41,550 nucleotides of DNA from a virus. The notes beneath the pieces were generated by a model. That model was not told the DNA's origin. It saw only the letters and a list, made by a program, of their open reading frames with translations, and ran no database searches. Shown one piece after another: positions 8,803 to 18,800 of this stretch. A program made the position numbers and the translations under genes. Where the stretch lies: IMG/VR virus record IMGVR_UViG_3300045988_077180, one strand, 5' to 3'. Positions within the stretch are counted from its first letter, which is position 1; every line of letters starts with the position of its first letter.

Positions 8803-9099
8803 ATGATTGATGTTTCGGAAGCGTTGTTAAAACAATTTAAGGATAAACTGCATATCTTACATGATGATGAAGACGATAATCTAAAAAGGTTGTTGTCTTT
8901 TTCTTATTCGGTGTTGTGTGAAAAATGTGGATTCTTTGACATTGAGAACAACGAGCAAGGTAAATCATTAGTGTTTGAGCGTGCAAGATATGAATACAAC
9001 GACAAATTAGAATATTTTGACATTAATTTTTTAGGAGAAATATCAAGTTTATTAATTAGATTAGAAAAAGAAAGGAGAACTGAAACAAGTGAAGATTAG
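8803..9099 (+). CDS. Head-tail connector (gp6-like DNA packaging protein)
   Basis: 98 aa. LKQFKDKLHILHDDEDDNLKRLL pattern and position after the capsid gene. Confidence 0.6.
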   Translation: MIDVSEALLKQFKDKLHILHDDEDDNLKRLLSFSYSVLCEKCGFFDIENNEQGKSLVFERARYEYNDKLEYFDINFLGEISSLLIRLEKERRTETSED

Positions 9100-9289
9100 A
9101 ATTTTAAGAGAGTTCGCAGACATTCACACATCTCAACTATATTCAGTAGGTGATGTGTTGGAAGTTTCAGAAAAGCGTTACGAAGAAATGCTTGAAAATC
9201 TATCTGAATATGGTGAAGACTTCTTAGAAAAAATTGAAGAAGCTACTACAGAAAAAGAGGTAGCAGAAGATGAGACAGTACAGGATTAA
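9089..9289 (+). CDS. Small acidic hypothetical head/neck protein
   Basis: GTG start with an AAAGGAG RBS. Lies inside the structural operon. Confidence 0.5.
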   Translation: MKIRILREFADIHTSQLYSVGDVLEVSEKRYEEMLENLSEYGEDFLEKIEEATTEKEVAEDETVQD

Positions 9290-9620
9290 CCAATCATATA
9301 ATGATGGAATAGTAAAGTTTGTGGAATACGTCCACAAGAAAGATAAATTTAATACTAAGTTAGCAGAACATGAAGAAAAAGAGATTAGAAAGTTTTGGTT
9401 TCGTTATCTAGGTGTATCTGCTAACGAAAAGTATCAATCTTTACAGGTGGATACAGAAGTAACAACGAGAATAGCAATCAGATTATTTACTAATATTAAT
9501 GACTATTTGTTAAGTAAACTATTTGTGATAATTAATAACAAGAAATATACGATTGCTAGAATCTATCATAACCACGTTAAGAATGAAACTGAAATATCTT
9601 TAACGGAGGTGGTTAGATAA
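9270..9620 (+). CDS. Head closure / head-tail adaptor protein (putative)
   Basis: 116 aa. Synteny with SPP1 gp16-type head closure genes. Confidence 0.55.
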   Translation: MRQYRINQSYNDGIVKFVEYVHKKDKFNTKLAEHEEKEIRKFWFRYLGVSANEKYQSLQVDTEVTTRIAIRLFTNINDYLLSKLFVIINNKKYTIARIYHNHVKNETEISLTEVVR

Positions 9621-9964
9621 TGACAACAAAAGAACTGATTTTTAATACTATAACTGGATTAGAGTTAGACATACCATTATCTTATGGATTTAGTGACGGA
9701 GAAGAATTTCCGAAACTAGTATATTTTCATGTGGGAACGATTGAGAAACGATCATCAAATAAAAAATTCAAAAAACATCACACTTATCAACTTAATTTAT
9801 TCGATATAAAACCACATGATTTAGACAATTCAGAGGTATTAACGAAACTTCAAACTGCAATAGATGATACCACTCTAAACACTGGAGCATGGCATGAAAT
9901 AATAGATGTAGATGAAGATACTAAAGAAACTCAATTCATGTATTACATGGAGATTTACTCATAA
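9620..9964 (+). CDS. Neck/tail-completion protein (putative)
   Basis: 114 aa. ATGA-type coupling to its neighbours. Called on synteny only. Confidence 0.45.
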   Translation: MTTKELIFNTITGLELDIPLSYGFSDGEEFPKLVYFHVGTIEKRSSNKKFKKHHTYQLNLFDIKPHDLDNSEVLTKLQTAIDDTTLNTGAWHEIIDVDEDTKETQFMYYMEIYS

Positions 9965-10386
9965 TGGAAGTATTTGGATTTGATAACGCAATAGCAAAGT
10001 TTAATAAAATCGCAAGTAATACAAGTAAAGTTAATGCAGTTATAGTAAAAGAGGCAGAAGAAATAAAAGAAGATGCAAAAAGTATAGCAATTGGAAAAGG
10101 ATTAAAAAAAACAGGTGCAGGGGTAGACGGGATAGTAACCAAACATAGCAACTTTGAAAGTTCTATTGGTTGGGCTGGAAGACCTAATTTACATTTGTAT
10201 TTCCATGAAATTGGTTGGCACGCCGGATTTTCTAAACATACCAGTAGAAATAGAACTGGTAAACGAGAGCGTAGGTATAGGAAAGGGCGTGTATATAAAC
10301 CACCTAATCCACATGTGAGACCTGCAGCAATGAAACACAAAGATCCTTTCGCTAGAAAAGTAAAAGAAGCACTATTAGATACTTAG
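9964..10386 (+). CDS. HK97 gp10-like tail-completion protein
   Basis: 140 aa. C-terminal PNPHVRPA motif typical of the gp10 family. Synteny supports it. Confidence 0.6.
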   Translation: MEVFGFDNAIAKFNKIASNTSKVNAVIVKEAEEIKEDAKSIAIGKGLKKTGAGVDGIVTKHSNFESSIGWAGRPNLHLYFHEIGWHAGFSKHTSRNRTGKRERRYRKGRVYKPPNPHVRPAAMKHKDPFARKVKEALLDT

Positions 10387-10398
10387 GAGGAATAATAA

Positions 10399-11058
10399 AT
10401 GACAGTAACAAAAGAAGCAGTGAGCAAAGCGTTATTAACTGGTGTAGGAGCTGGGTATTTACAAAAAGTAAAAACAGAAGCTACAAGTTCACAAGGTTTA
10501 ACGTATGACGATAAAACATATGAAGTATTCGCTATTGATAAAGTAGCGTTCAAAGGACAAATTAAGGAGAAAACAGTATATCTTTCAAACATCAAAGCGA
10601 GAGATATTGTAAAATTCTCTAGTGTTGAAATGACAGTAGATATCGGATTTTTCCCTGATGGTTTCTTAGAAGAAATGTCAGGTATGACTAAATTAGCAAA
10701 CGGTGCTTACGTACAAGGAGACTCTCCACGTTACAAACAATTCCGTTGGGCGTTTCCAGTTACAGACGAAGACGGTAAAGAAATTATTTACAACTTCCCT
10801 GTGTGTCAAATCGAAAACCCAGACTTCAACGCTGAAACTGAAACTGATGAGAAAAAAGAAAACATCACACAGGTTACAATCAAAGCTTATCCAGTTGTTG
10901 GTAGTAAAAACAAATCAGTATTCAGTAAAATCGATTTACGTGAGACTGATAAATATGATCGTGAAAAATTATTATTACAAGGTTTCTATGATGCAGAAAC
11001 GCTTAAACAATGTCTTAAATCAGGAACAACTGATGACACAGTAGTAGTAGCAGGATAA
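10399..11058 (+). CDS. Major tail protein
   Basis: 219 aa. AGGAGG RBS. Precedes the G/GT chaperone genes and is followed by a strong terminator. Confidence 0.75.
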   Translation: MTVTKEAVSKALLTGVGAGYLQKVKTEATSSQGLTYDDKTYEVFAIDKVAFKGQIKEKTVYLSNIKARDIVKFSSVEMTVDIGFFPDGFLEEMSGMTKLANGAYVQGDSPRYKQFRWAFPVTDEDGKEIIYNFPVCQIENPDFNAETETDEKKENITQVTIKAYPVVGSKNKSVFSKIDLRETDKYDREKLLLQGFYDAETLKQCLKSGTTDDTVVVAG

Positions 11059-11063
11059 TTTAT

Positions 11064-11097
11064 AAGAGCTAGCAATTTGTTAGCTCTTTATTTTTTT
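11064..11097 (+). terminator. Rho-independent terminator after the major tail gene
   Basis: AAGAGCTA, a 9-nt loop, TAGCTCTT, then TATTTTTTT. Confidence 0.7.
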
Positions 11098-11109
11098 GGA
11101 GGATAATTG

Positions 11110-11556
11110 ATGAGTATATTTACAAAGACAGTAAAAACATTTAAAACAGATATTTTAGGAAGAGAAATTGAATTAAAATCAAATTTAGCAGTATGGTTAT
11201 ATCTAGAAGCTGATTTTGGAATCAAGCAGGGAGAGTGGAATGAAGTCTACTTAAAAGAAAAAAATGTAGCAACAGCTAAATTTTTAGTGTCAATTCTTAA
11301 GGCAAATGGTTATAAAACAACAATAGAAGAAGTACTAGAGAACGTAAATGATACTGAACTAGAATTATTCATCTTGAAATACCAAGAAGCTATGTATGGA
11401 GACCAAACAGCAACATTACTAGAAATGTTAGGGATTACAGATGATAGTGAAATGGGAAAGAATATTTTAAACGAAAAGGTAGAAGACCTAGTGAATATCT
11501 CAGACCATCAACCGAAACAGAAGAAAAACAAGAAAAACAAAAAAAGCAAGAAATAG
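11110..11556 (+). CDS. Tail assembly chaperone (gpG-like)
   Basis: Lies between the major tail and tape measure genes. Lys-rich end encoded by an A-rich slippery tract. Confidence 0.75.
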   Translation: MSIFTKTVKTFKTDILGREIELKSNLAVWLYLEADFGIKQGEWNEVYLKEKNVATAKFLVSILKANGYKTTIEEVLENVNDTELELFILKYQEAMYGDQTATLLEMLGITDDSEMGKNILNEKVEDLVNISDHQPKQKKNKKNKKSKK

Positions 11557-11747
11557 ATTGGGATGACTTGTTTTATCGCTGTAGAACATGGTTTGGAATA
11601 TCTAAAAAGGAGTTCATGTTTGACTATAGTTTAGAATACATTGTGTATATGATAAACAAATATATTGAAGATAACTATAGTCAAGGTGAACAACAACCAA
11701 AAGAAGATGAAGAAGTAAAAGAAATGAACTTTAGTAAAATGTTTTAG
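11110..11747 (+). CDS. Tail assembly chaperone -1 frameshift product (gpGT-like), shift near 11539-11545
   Basis: A7G tract at 11539-11546. The -1 frame is open from 11544 to the TAG at 11745-11747 (KQEIDWDDLFYRCRTWFGISKKEF...). Confidence 0.65.
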
Positions 11748-11758
11748 GAGGTAAAAAT

Positions 11759-14700
11759 TTGTCAGGATATATGGATAAAGTCGGTGTCATACTGACAGCC
11801 GAAGGAGTGGGCAGTTTTACCTCTGCTCTTAAGCAAGGTGAAAATGCCTTAAGACAATTACAAGCAGAAGCTAGAAGAAATATAGCATCTCTTGGTAGTG
11901 GTGGGAAAGCTTATGATGTTTACAAAGCTAAAATGAATGGTTTATCTTCACAGATGAAACAATCTGCTAGTAATGTAAATTTATTAAAATCAAAATATGA
12001 TGCACTTAAGCAATCAACAAGCCAATTACCAAAAGAGATTGATAAGCTTACTGGCTCATTAAAACAAAAACAATCAACATTAAAAACTACAGGAACGCTG
12101 CTAGAAAGTCAAAAGGAACACTTGAAACACCTACAAAAAACGTATGGTAAGACAAGTGAAGCAGCGTTGAAATATAAAGATACAGTAGCAAACACTTCTA
12201 AAGCGTATAAGAATACAGAAAAAGAAGTGAAGGCTCTAGAAACACAAATTAAGTCATTAAATGGTACGTTTAGTAGTCAACAAAGAGAACTACAAAGCTT
12301 ACCAACAAAAATAGCAAATGCAGAAACTGGTTATTTCAAACTAAGAGATGCAATGCAACAAACACATACAGCATTTAGAAATAATGGTGGAAAGTTAGCG
12401 GATGTAGCTCAACGTTTCAATGATGTAGGTGGAAGAGTTCAAGCATTCGGTCAAAAGATGAGTGGATTTGGTGACGGGCTATCAAAAATGACAGCTGGTT
12501 TATCTACAGGAATGTATTTAGCTGGTAAAGCAGCGATAGATTTTGAGAGTAGTTTTGCCGGTGTAGTCAAAACTGTTAATGGAAGTCCGGAACAGTTAAA
12601 TAGAATTAGACAAGGTTTCTTAGATTTATCAACACAAATCCCAGTAAGTGCTAATGAGTTAGCTAAGATTGGTGAAGTAGCTGGACAGTTAGGTATTAAA
12701 ACCGAAAACATTCTAGATTTCACAAAAACAATAGCAGACTTAGGAGCAACTACTAACTTATCCGCAGAAGAAGGAGCAACAAGTTTAGCTCAATTCATGG
12801 CAGTTATGGGAACTAGTCAAGGTAACATTAGAAATCTAGGTAGTTCAATAGTTGAGTTAGGTAATAACTTTGCTACAAATGAGAGATCTATTGTAGAAAT
12901 GGCACAACGATTATCCGGAATGGGTAAACAAACTAATATGGCAGAAGCAGACGTATTAGGTCTGGCAGCTGCATTAAGTACTGTTGGTATTGAAGCAGAA
13001 GCCGGAGGTAGTGCAATGACTCAAGTTATGAACAAAATGCAAAATGCAGTAGCTTCTGGTGGAGATGGATTACAAAAATTCGCAAGTGCTGCTGGAGTAA
13101 GTGCTAATGAATTTGCCAACGCATTTAGAACTAGACCTGTAGAAGCATTACAAATGTTATTAAAAGGATTAGATGAAGTAAAAGAAAATGGTGGAAATGT
13201 CAATGAGGTATTAGCTGGATTAGGTATCACTGGTATTCGTGAAGCAGATGCAATCAAACGTTTAGCTGGAGCATTAAATGGTGATAGTGGATTAGGAAAA
13301 GCGTTAGATATTGCAAATAAAGGTTGGAAAGAAAACAACGCTTTAACTAAAGAAGCTAGTATTAGATATCAAACTAGTGCTAGTAAACTTAAAATGGCTA
13401 AGAATGAAATACAGAAAATGGCTATTGAAATGGGTTCACAATTATTACCTAAGTTGGCACAAGCTTTAACAGCCTCAAAACCATTAGTAAACTCACTAGG
13501 AAATATGATGTTATGGTTTAGCAAATTACCAACAGCAGTACAACTAGCGACTCTAGGTTTTGGACCTTTCATGTCTGTGTTAGGTAGAATGACAACCGGT
13601 ATTGGTAGTGGTGTGAAAGCTATCGGAAGCTTTGTTAAATGGGTTGGTAAGATGTCAACAGCTAAGTCGGTTGGAGACATGATTAAATTATCAACATCTA
13701 TAGCAGGAGTCGGAACACAAGCAGCTAAAGCAGGAAGTATGGCAACATTACTAACTAACCCTTATGTAGCAGGAGCTGCATTAATAGGAGCTGCATTTGT
13801 CGGTGTAGGTACTGCGATATATAGAGAGATGACTAAACATAGTCGAAATCACGAGGCAGCGATTGAACTTACAAACGGTAAGTATAAAGAATGGTACGAC
13901 GCCGTGATTAAAGGCGCTGAACAATCTGGGAACTCTATTAATCACATGGGAGACGCTGTTAAACGTAATTCAGAAGCTGTTAAAAGTGAGATTAAGAAAG
14001 TTCAAGCTGCAAACACCGAGATTATGGAAAACATAAACAAGAACTTTAAAGACGGTAAATGGTACAAACTGGAGTTTGACGGGCGTTTCAGAAAACAACT
14101 AAAAGAAGCATTAAGTTTATCAGACGAGGACGTTAACCAAATTTCAAGCAGTGTGCAAGTAGCAGCTAACATATTAGGGAACTCGTTAGCAAGTTTAAAT
14201 AGTAAGTATTTAGAAGGTAGCAGAATCACGGCTGATTACGCTCTTGCACAGATTAAGAGTGTAAGTGATGTGACTGCTGCAACTGTTCAAAGTTTAGAAC
14301 AACGTAAAGCGGCTGAGATGTCGGCGTTGGAGCAAAAGAAAGCTAACAACTTAATTAATGAAGAATTATATAGTCAGGAAAAAGAAAACATAAGCAAACA
14401 TTATGACTCTATTATTAACGAAACAAAACAAGCACAAGACACAATTAACGATATTTTGTCAAGTGCCTCTAGAGAAAACAGGGTGCTTACTAAATCAGAA
14501 TTAGACCAACTAGAAGAAGCTTACAAAAAAGTAGGTAAAACAGCTACAGAAGCAGCGACTGAAAGTAAGGAAGCTCAGAAGATATTACAAGAAGCGTTTG
14601 ACGATACAACAGCGACAGCAAAATTGGCAGCGTATAAACAAATGGGTATTATCGACCAAGCAAAAGAGACTTACATTAAAGGTCTTGGAAGCGCCGAGAA

Positions 14701-15901
14701 GAAAGTCCAAGAAATGAATAAAGCTCTTGACGAATGGGCTGCTAAAGAAGGTGGGTTCAAGACAATCGGTATTGAATATGAAGGGGGCGACATTGCTTTC
14801 AACTTCAAAAACGATTATGAACGTGCATTAGCTTTACCAGACATTAAAAAAGCTATTATGATTTCTGAGAGTCAAGGTCGCACTATTAAGATGACTATAG
14901 ATGACTTGAATTTCTTAAATAGTATAGGAATACACCCTAAGAATGTTGAAATTGTAGATAATGCAAGTCAGCCGTTGGATAACGTTAACGGAAAAATAGG
15001 TCAATTCAAAGACATGGATATAGCACCTAAATCAATAATGGTGCAAGATGATGCGACACCTAATATCACAAAAGCATTCAACAACTTGTTAGACTTTGCA
15101 TCACTAAATGTTCCGGATAAAAATATTAATGCAACTGACAACGCTAGTGCAGTAATTGACCAAGCTAAATTTAGCTTAGATGGATATAACGCTACAGAAA
15201 CACCAGTGAAATCAATAATGGCACAAGGTAATGCAACACCGTTTATCGACCAAGCTAAAAGTAGTGCTGATAGTTACAATGCAACAGACACGCCAACAAA
15301 ATCAATAATGGCACAAGGGAACGCAACGCCGTTTATAAATCAAGCTAAGAGTAGTGCTGATAGTTACAACGCAACACCGACACCACCTAAAGTATTATCA
15401 GCAGTTGACTCTGCGAGTGGTATTATATGGAATGTAATCGGTCTGTTGAACAGTATCCCTCGTGAAGTTGTGAGTGTTGTCCGTGTAATGAGTAGTGTGT
15501 CTGGTATTCCAAGTTTTCCAGGATTCTTTGCTACAGGTGGTAATATAGGAATGTTTGCAAGAGGTGGTAACATTGGACAGACAGAAAGCTTACAACCTAA
15601 TTATACTGGTATAGTTGGTGAAGCTGGACCGGAATTATTCAGAGTAACTAAGAACGGAGTCAACATCACACCGTTATCAACTAGTGAAAAAATAAAAGGT
15701 ATAAGTGGAGCATTAGCTGAACACGGAGCTAAAAGTAATGGTAATGAAATTAACGTTACAATTAATGTTACTGGAAACAGTATCAACGATAAAGAAGATA
15801 TCAATGTGTTAGTTGACACAATAGAACAAAAATTAGTAAAAAGCATGAAGGAAATACAAACAATGAGTTTTGGAGGTGGTAGAAATGCCGTTACACTTTA
15901 A
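11759..15901 (+). CDS. Tape measure protein (TP901-type core)
   Basis: 1380 aa. TTG start 7 nt after AGGAGG. Coiled coils, FAGVVKTVNGS...ELAKIGEVAGQLGI core, TM segments and C-terminal repeats. Confidence 0.9.
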   Translation: MSGYMDKVGVILTAEGVGSFTSALKQGENALRQLQAEARRNIASLGSGGKAYDVYKAKMNGLSSQMKQSASNVNLLKSKYDALKQSTSQLPKEIDKLTGSLKQKQSTLKTTGTLLESQKEHLKHLQKTYGKTSEAALKYKDTVANTSKAYKNTEKEVKALETQIKSLNGTFSSQQRELQSLPTKIANAETGYFKLRDAMQQTHTAFRNNGGKLADVAQRFNDVGGRVQAFGQKMSGFGDGLSKMTAGLSTGMYLAGKAAIDFESSFAGVVKTVNGSPEQLNRIRQGFLDLSTQIPVSANELAKIGEVAGQLGIKTENILDFTKTIADLGATTNLSAEEGATSLAQFMAVMGTSQGNIRNLGSSIVELGNNFATNERSIVEMAQRLSGMGKQTNMAEADVLGLAAALSTVGIEAEAGGSAMTQVMNKMQNAVASGGDGLQKFASAAGVSANEFANAFRTRPVEALQMLLKGLDEVKENGGNVNEVLAGLGITGIREADAIKRLAGALNGDSGLGKALDIANKGWKENNALTKEASIRYQTSASKLKMAKNEIQKMAIEMGSQLLPKLAQALTASKPLVNSLGNMMLWFSKLPTAVQLATLGFGPFMSVLGRMTTGIGSGVKAIGSFVKWVGKMSTAKSVGDMIKLSTSIAGVGTQAAKAGSMATLLTNPYVAGAALIGAAFVGVGTAIYREMTKHSRNHEAAIELTNGKYKEWYDAVIKGAEQSGNSINHMGDAVKRNSEAVKSEIKKVQAANTEIMENINKNFKDGKWYKLEFDGRFRKQLKEALSLSDEDVNQISSSVQVAANILGNSLASLNSKYLEGSRITADYALAQIKSVSDVTAATVQSLEQRKAAEMSALEQKKANNLINEELYSQEKENISKHYDSIINETKQAQDTINDILSSASRENRVLTKSELDQLEEAYKKVGKTATEAATESKEAQKILQEAFDDTTATAKLAAYKQMGIIDQAKETYIKGLGSAEKKVQEMNKALDEWAAKEGGFKTIGIEYEGGDIAFNFKNDYERALALPDIKKAIMISESQGRTIKMTIDDLNFLNSIGIHPKNVEIVDNASQPLDNVNGKIGQFKDMDIAPKSIMVQDDATPNITKAFNNLLDFASLNVPDKNINATDNASAVIDQAKFSLDGYNATETPVKSIMAQGNATPFIDQAKSSADSYNATDTPTKSIMAQGNATPFINQAKSSADSYNATPTPPKVLSAVDSASGIIWNVIGLLNSIPREVVSVVRVMSSVSGIPSFPGFFATGGNIGMFARGGNIGQTESLQPNYTGIVGEAGPELFRVTKNGVNITPLSTSEKIKGISGALAEHGAKSNGNEINVTINVTGNSINDKEDINVLVDTIEQKLVKSMKEIQTMSFGGGRNAVTL
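15209..15388 (+). repeat. Two near-identical 90-nt (30-aa) tandem repeats inside the tape measure gene
   Basis: KSIMAQGNATPFI(D/N)QAKSSADSYNAT.TP. occurs twice. Degenerate copies extend back to about 15027. Confidence 0.85.
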
Positions 15902-16607
15902 TAAATTAACGTTTAAAGGGAAGTCTACTGCCGACTTTCCTTTTGATATTTACGTAACTGAAAATGATGGAATTAATAAAGCGAAAAGGAAAGATAAGAT
16001 TTTCACATCAGATGATATGTCAGGTGGTGTAGTAAGGACATCTAACGCTTATGAATTAGTTGAGAAACCATATAAATTGCTTATACATGGTGTTAGCTTA
16101 TCAGAAACAGATGGTGTTTTAGCGTGGTTAGAAGGTAGCGGAAAACTAGTAGCTTCTAATAATCCATATAGATATTATGAAGTATTAACAGTTTCTGCAA
16201 TACGTTCTAAATTAGGAGAAGTAGATGAATACGAAATAGACGTAACGTTTACTTGTAATCCTTTTTCATACAGCATAGATAAAGACTTAAAGACATATAC
16301 TAGTAACGGAGTGTTAAACAATACTTCACATGTTGAAATGTATCCTAAAGTAACTGTATATGGCAATACAACAGAAGCTACAACCTTAACAATAGGAACT
16401 CAAGTAATCAGATTAAAAGATATTAAAGAGAAAGTAGTAATTGAATGTAAACAAGGACATCAAAATGTATTTGATAAAAACGGAGATCTCTTAAATGGTG
16501 TTATGCTAGGACCGTTTTTTGAAGTTAAACCAGGAGAGAATGGAATATCTATCGGACAAGGAATTACTAAGGTAGATATTGAGTGTAGATGGGGGGCGTT
16601 TGCATAA
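15885..16607 (+). CDS. Distal tail protein (Dit)
   Basis: ATG follows a GGAGGTGG RBS and overlaps the TMP end. Position directly after the TMP. 240 aa. Confidence 0.7.
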   Translation: MPLHFNKLTFKGKSTADFPFDIYVTENDGINKAKRKDKIFTSDDMSGGVVRTSNAYELVEKPYKLLIHGVSLSETDGVLAWLEGSGKLVASNNPYRYYEVLTVSAIRSKLGEVDEYEIDVTFTCNPFSYSIDKDLKTYTSNGVLNNTSHVEMYPKVTVYGNTTEATTLTIGTQVIRLKDIKEKVVIECKQGHQNVFDKNGDLLNGVMLGPFFEVKPGENGISIGQGITKVDIECRWGAFA

Positions 16608-18796
16608 TGTTATATTTATATGATCCCTTTGAAAAAGACTTTACATACAACGGAATTGTGTTAAATAATGCATACGACTCTGATATACACTGGGTATTAA
16701 ATTCAACTTATAAACTAACTTTCAAATATCCTACTGTAGACAATGATATGTACAGTATGATTGAAAAAGGAATGATAGTTAAAGCTAATGAAGATAATCG
16801 TACAAATCTTTTTAGAATTAGAGATATAGAAGTAAATGAAAATGATAAAAGTATAACAGTAACAGCGTACCAAAAGACTTTTGACTATAGTAATCGATTA
16901 GTAAGTAAATTTGCTAGGTTAGATTCAAATTGTCAAACAGTGTTAGATGAATGGTACGCTAATTTTTTATCAAAAGAAAAAGACTTCACGTATTGGTCTG
17001 ACATAACACAGACTAATTCATTTGCTACATTCAAGAATGAGAATGACACACAAAGCAAAACAGCATTTGATTTATTAGGACAAATCGCAGACACATTCAA
17101 GGGAGATATAGATTTACACGACTCTCAAATAAATGTGTTGAAGAAGTTGGGAACAGATACTCAAGAAGTACTTACTACAGCTAAGAATATATCTTCTTTC
17201 GTCAACTCATCTAACATAGATGATATAGTAACAAGATTGTACGTTACATCTACTTTCAAGGTTGGAGATAAAGAAGATAAAAAGGAATTAAGAGAGCAAC
17301 ACAAGAAAGAGTTAGCTGCATTAAGAGAAACTCAAAAGCGAGCTTCTAAAGAATATAATGCAAAGAAAAAATCAGAGCAAATGCAAGAGGAGATTAACAG
17401 TCGTTATGCTCGTGAATTATCTAAGCAAACTAAGAAAACTAAACGCAGTGGACACACTGTTAAATCTTACTCACAGATTGCTAATGAGGTTGCTAATAAA
17501 TACAGAGATAGAGATGTTAAAGCTGCACAACGTAAATTAGAAAGCCAAGCACAAGCAGATAGAAGAAAAGCAGAGATAGATAAACTCAAGGCTCAACAAA
17601 AAGAAGAAATGGCAGCACTTGATGAAGAAATAACAATTAGCTTAGTTGTGGAAAGTCCATTGATTAATGACTATCCATTTATCAATGAAATGGCAGTATC
17701 AAACAATGAACTACAAACCGCAGAAGAGCTTGAAGAGTGGGCTATGGAACATTTCACAAAAGAAAATATAGACAAGCCAAAGAACTCAATTAAAGTATCT
17801 TATGAACAGTTATCTGAAAAGATTAGTCGAGGAGATACAGTTATTCTTAAATATCTTAAATATGATGTTGATGAAAGAATACGTATTGTGGAAACACATT
17901 ATGATCCTATGTTAGAACGTTGGAAAAGCTTTGTGTTAGGTAGTAAAGAAGGCAAGTTAGGTAGTGAAATATCTAGCAGTTCGCAAACAGCAGAACTTAG
18001 AGCTAATGCATACACAGATGCAATATCATATGATTTTGCGAAAAAAGTAAAAGAACAAGTAGAAAATGTCAATAAAGTTTTCGAGAAAAAAGAAGAGTTA
18101 TTCAAGAAACAAATAGAAGATGGTATTGAAGTTTCTAAAGCTAAAGCAGAAGTAGTTAAAAACGAAATACGAGAAGAAATAAATAACAGTATTACAGAGC
18201 TTAATCATAAGATAGATAACATGAGTAGCTCAAGTATTGAAGATTTAAGAAGGCAAGTAGAAGAAAATAAAACTATTTCAGAAGCAACTATAAAAATGAT
18301 GGGAACAGAAGACAGTGTAATCTACAGTAAAAATAGATTAGAAGGTTCTCCAGAGAGATATATTCCACCAGGTACAGAATATATTGAGGTAACTCATAAT
18401 GGAGATGGTTTTGAACTAGGGCAGCAATATACGATTAGTTGGGAAGCTGTTTGTGTAAAACGTGATTTTTATGATGTAACTGTGAGATTGAGTCGAGTAT
18501 TACCACACGCAGCTAACGTTATGTTGATTGATAAGTATGGAGCATTCCCAACAGGAGAACATGAATTTAATGTAGGAGAACAAGAAGCTAAATATTTAAG
18601 AATATATGACTCTGAATATTATATCAAAGTAGCTAGTAAATGGTTTAAAGAATTAAATACACCTACATTAATAAGAAATGCTGCAACAATATTAGTACCT
18701 ATTGTTTATCTTGAATATGCAGATGGAAACGAAAATGACATTGAAGGAAGTTGGAGTGAAAATCCGACATATATTTTTGATGGAGGAGGAAAATAA
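16607..18796 (+). CDS. Tail-associated protein (Tal / minor structural protein) with a central K/E-rich coiled coil
   Basis: ATG overlaps the Dit TAA. The N-terminus MLYLYDPFEKDFTYNGIVL is typical of a prophage tail N-terminal region. Confidence 0.7.
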   Translation: MLYLYDPFEKDFTYNGIVLNNAYDSDIHWVLNSTYKLTFKYPTVDNDMYSMIEKGMIVKANEDNRTNLFRIRDIEVNENDKSITVTAYQKTFDYSNRLVSKFARLDSNCQTVLDEWYANFLSKEKDFTYWSDITQTNSFATFKNENDTQSKTAFDLLGQIADTFKGDIDLHDSQINVLKKLGTDTQEVLTTAKNISSFVNSSNIDDIVTRLYVTSTFKVGDKEDKKELREQHKKELAALRETQKRASKEYNAKKKSEQMQEEINSRYARELSKQTKKTKRSGHTVKSYSQIANEVANKYRDRDVKAAQRKLESQAQADRRKAEIDKLKAQQKEEMAALDEEITISLVVESPLINDYPFINEMAVSNNELQTAEELEEWAMEHFTKENIDKPKNSIKVSYEQLSEKISRGDTVILKYLKYDVDERIRIVETHYDPMLERWKSFVLGSKEGKLGSEISSSSQTAELRANAYTDAISYDFAKKVKEQVENVNKVFEKKEELFKKQIEDGIEVSKAKAEVVKNEIREEINNSITELNHKIDNMSSSSIEDLRRQVEENKTISEATIKMMGTEDSVIYSKNRLEGSPERYIPPGTEYIEVTHNGDGFELGQQYTISWEAVCVKRDFYDVTVRLSRVLPHAANVMLIDKYGAFPTGEHEFNVGEQEAKYLRIYDSEYYIKVASKWFKELNTPTLIRNAATILVPIVYLEYADGNENDIEGSWSENPTYIFDGGGK

Positions 18797-18800
18797 ATAA

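Noticed and set aside
10703-11044. A 113-aa ORF in the +1 frame inside the major tail gene, considered as a possible frameshift extension. Similar same-strand embedded ORFs occur at 17358-17540 and 20099-20332.
   Set aside because: It starts and ends inside the major tail ORF, so it cannot extend the protein. It has no slippery site or RBS, and its composition is that of an off-frame read.
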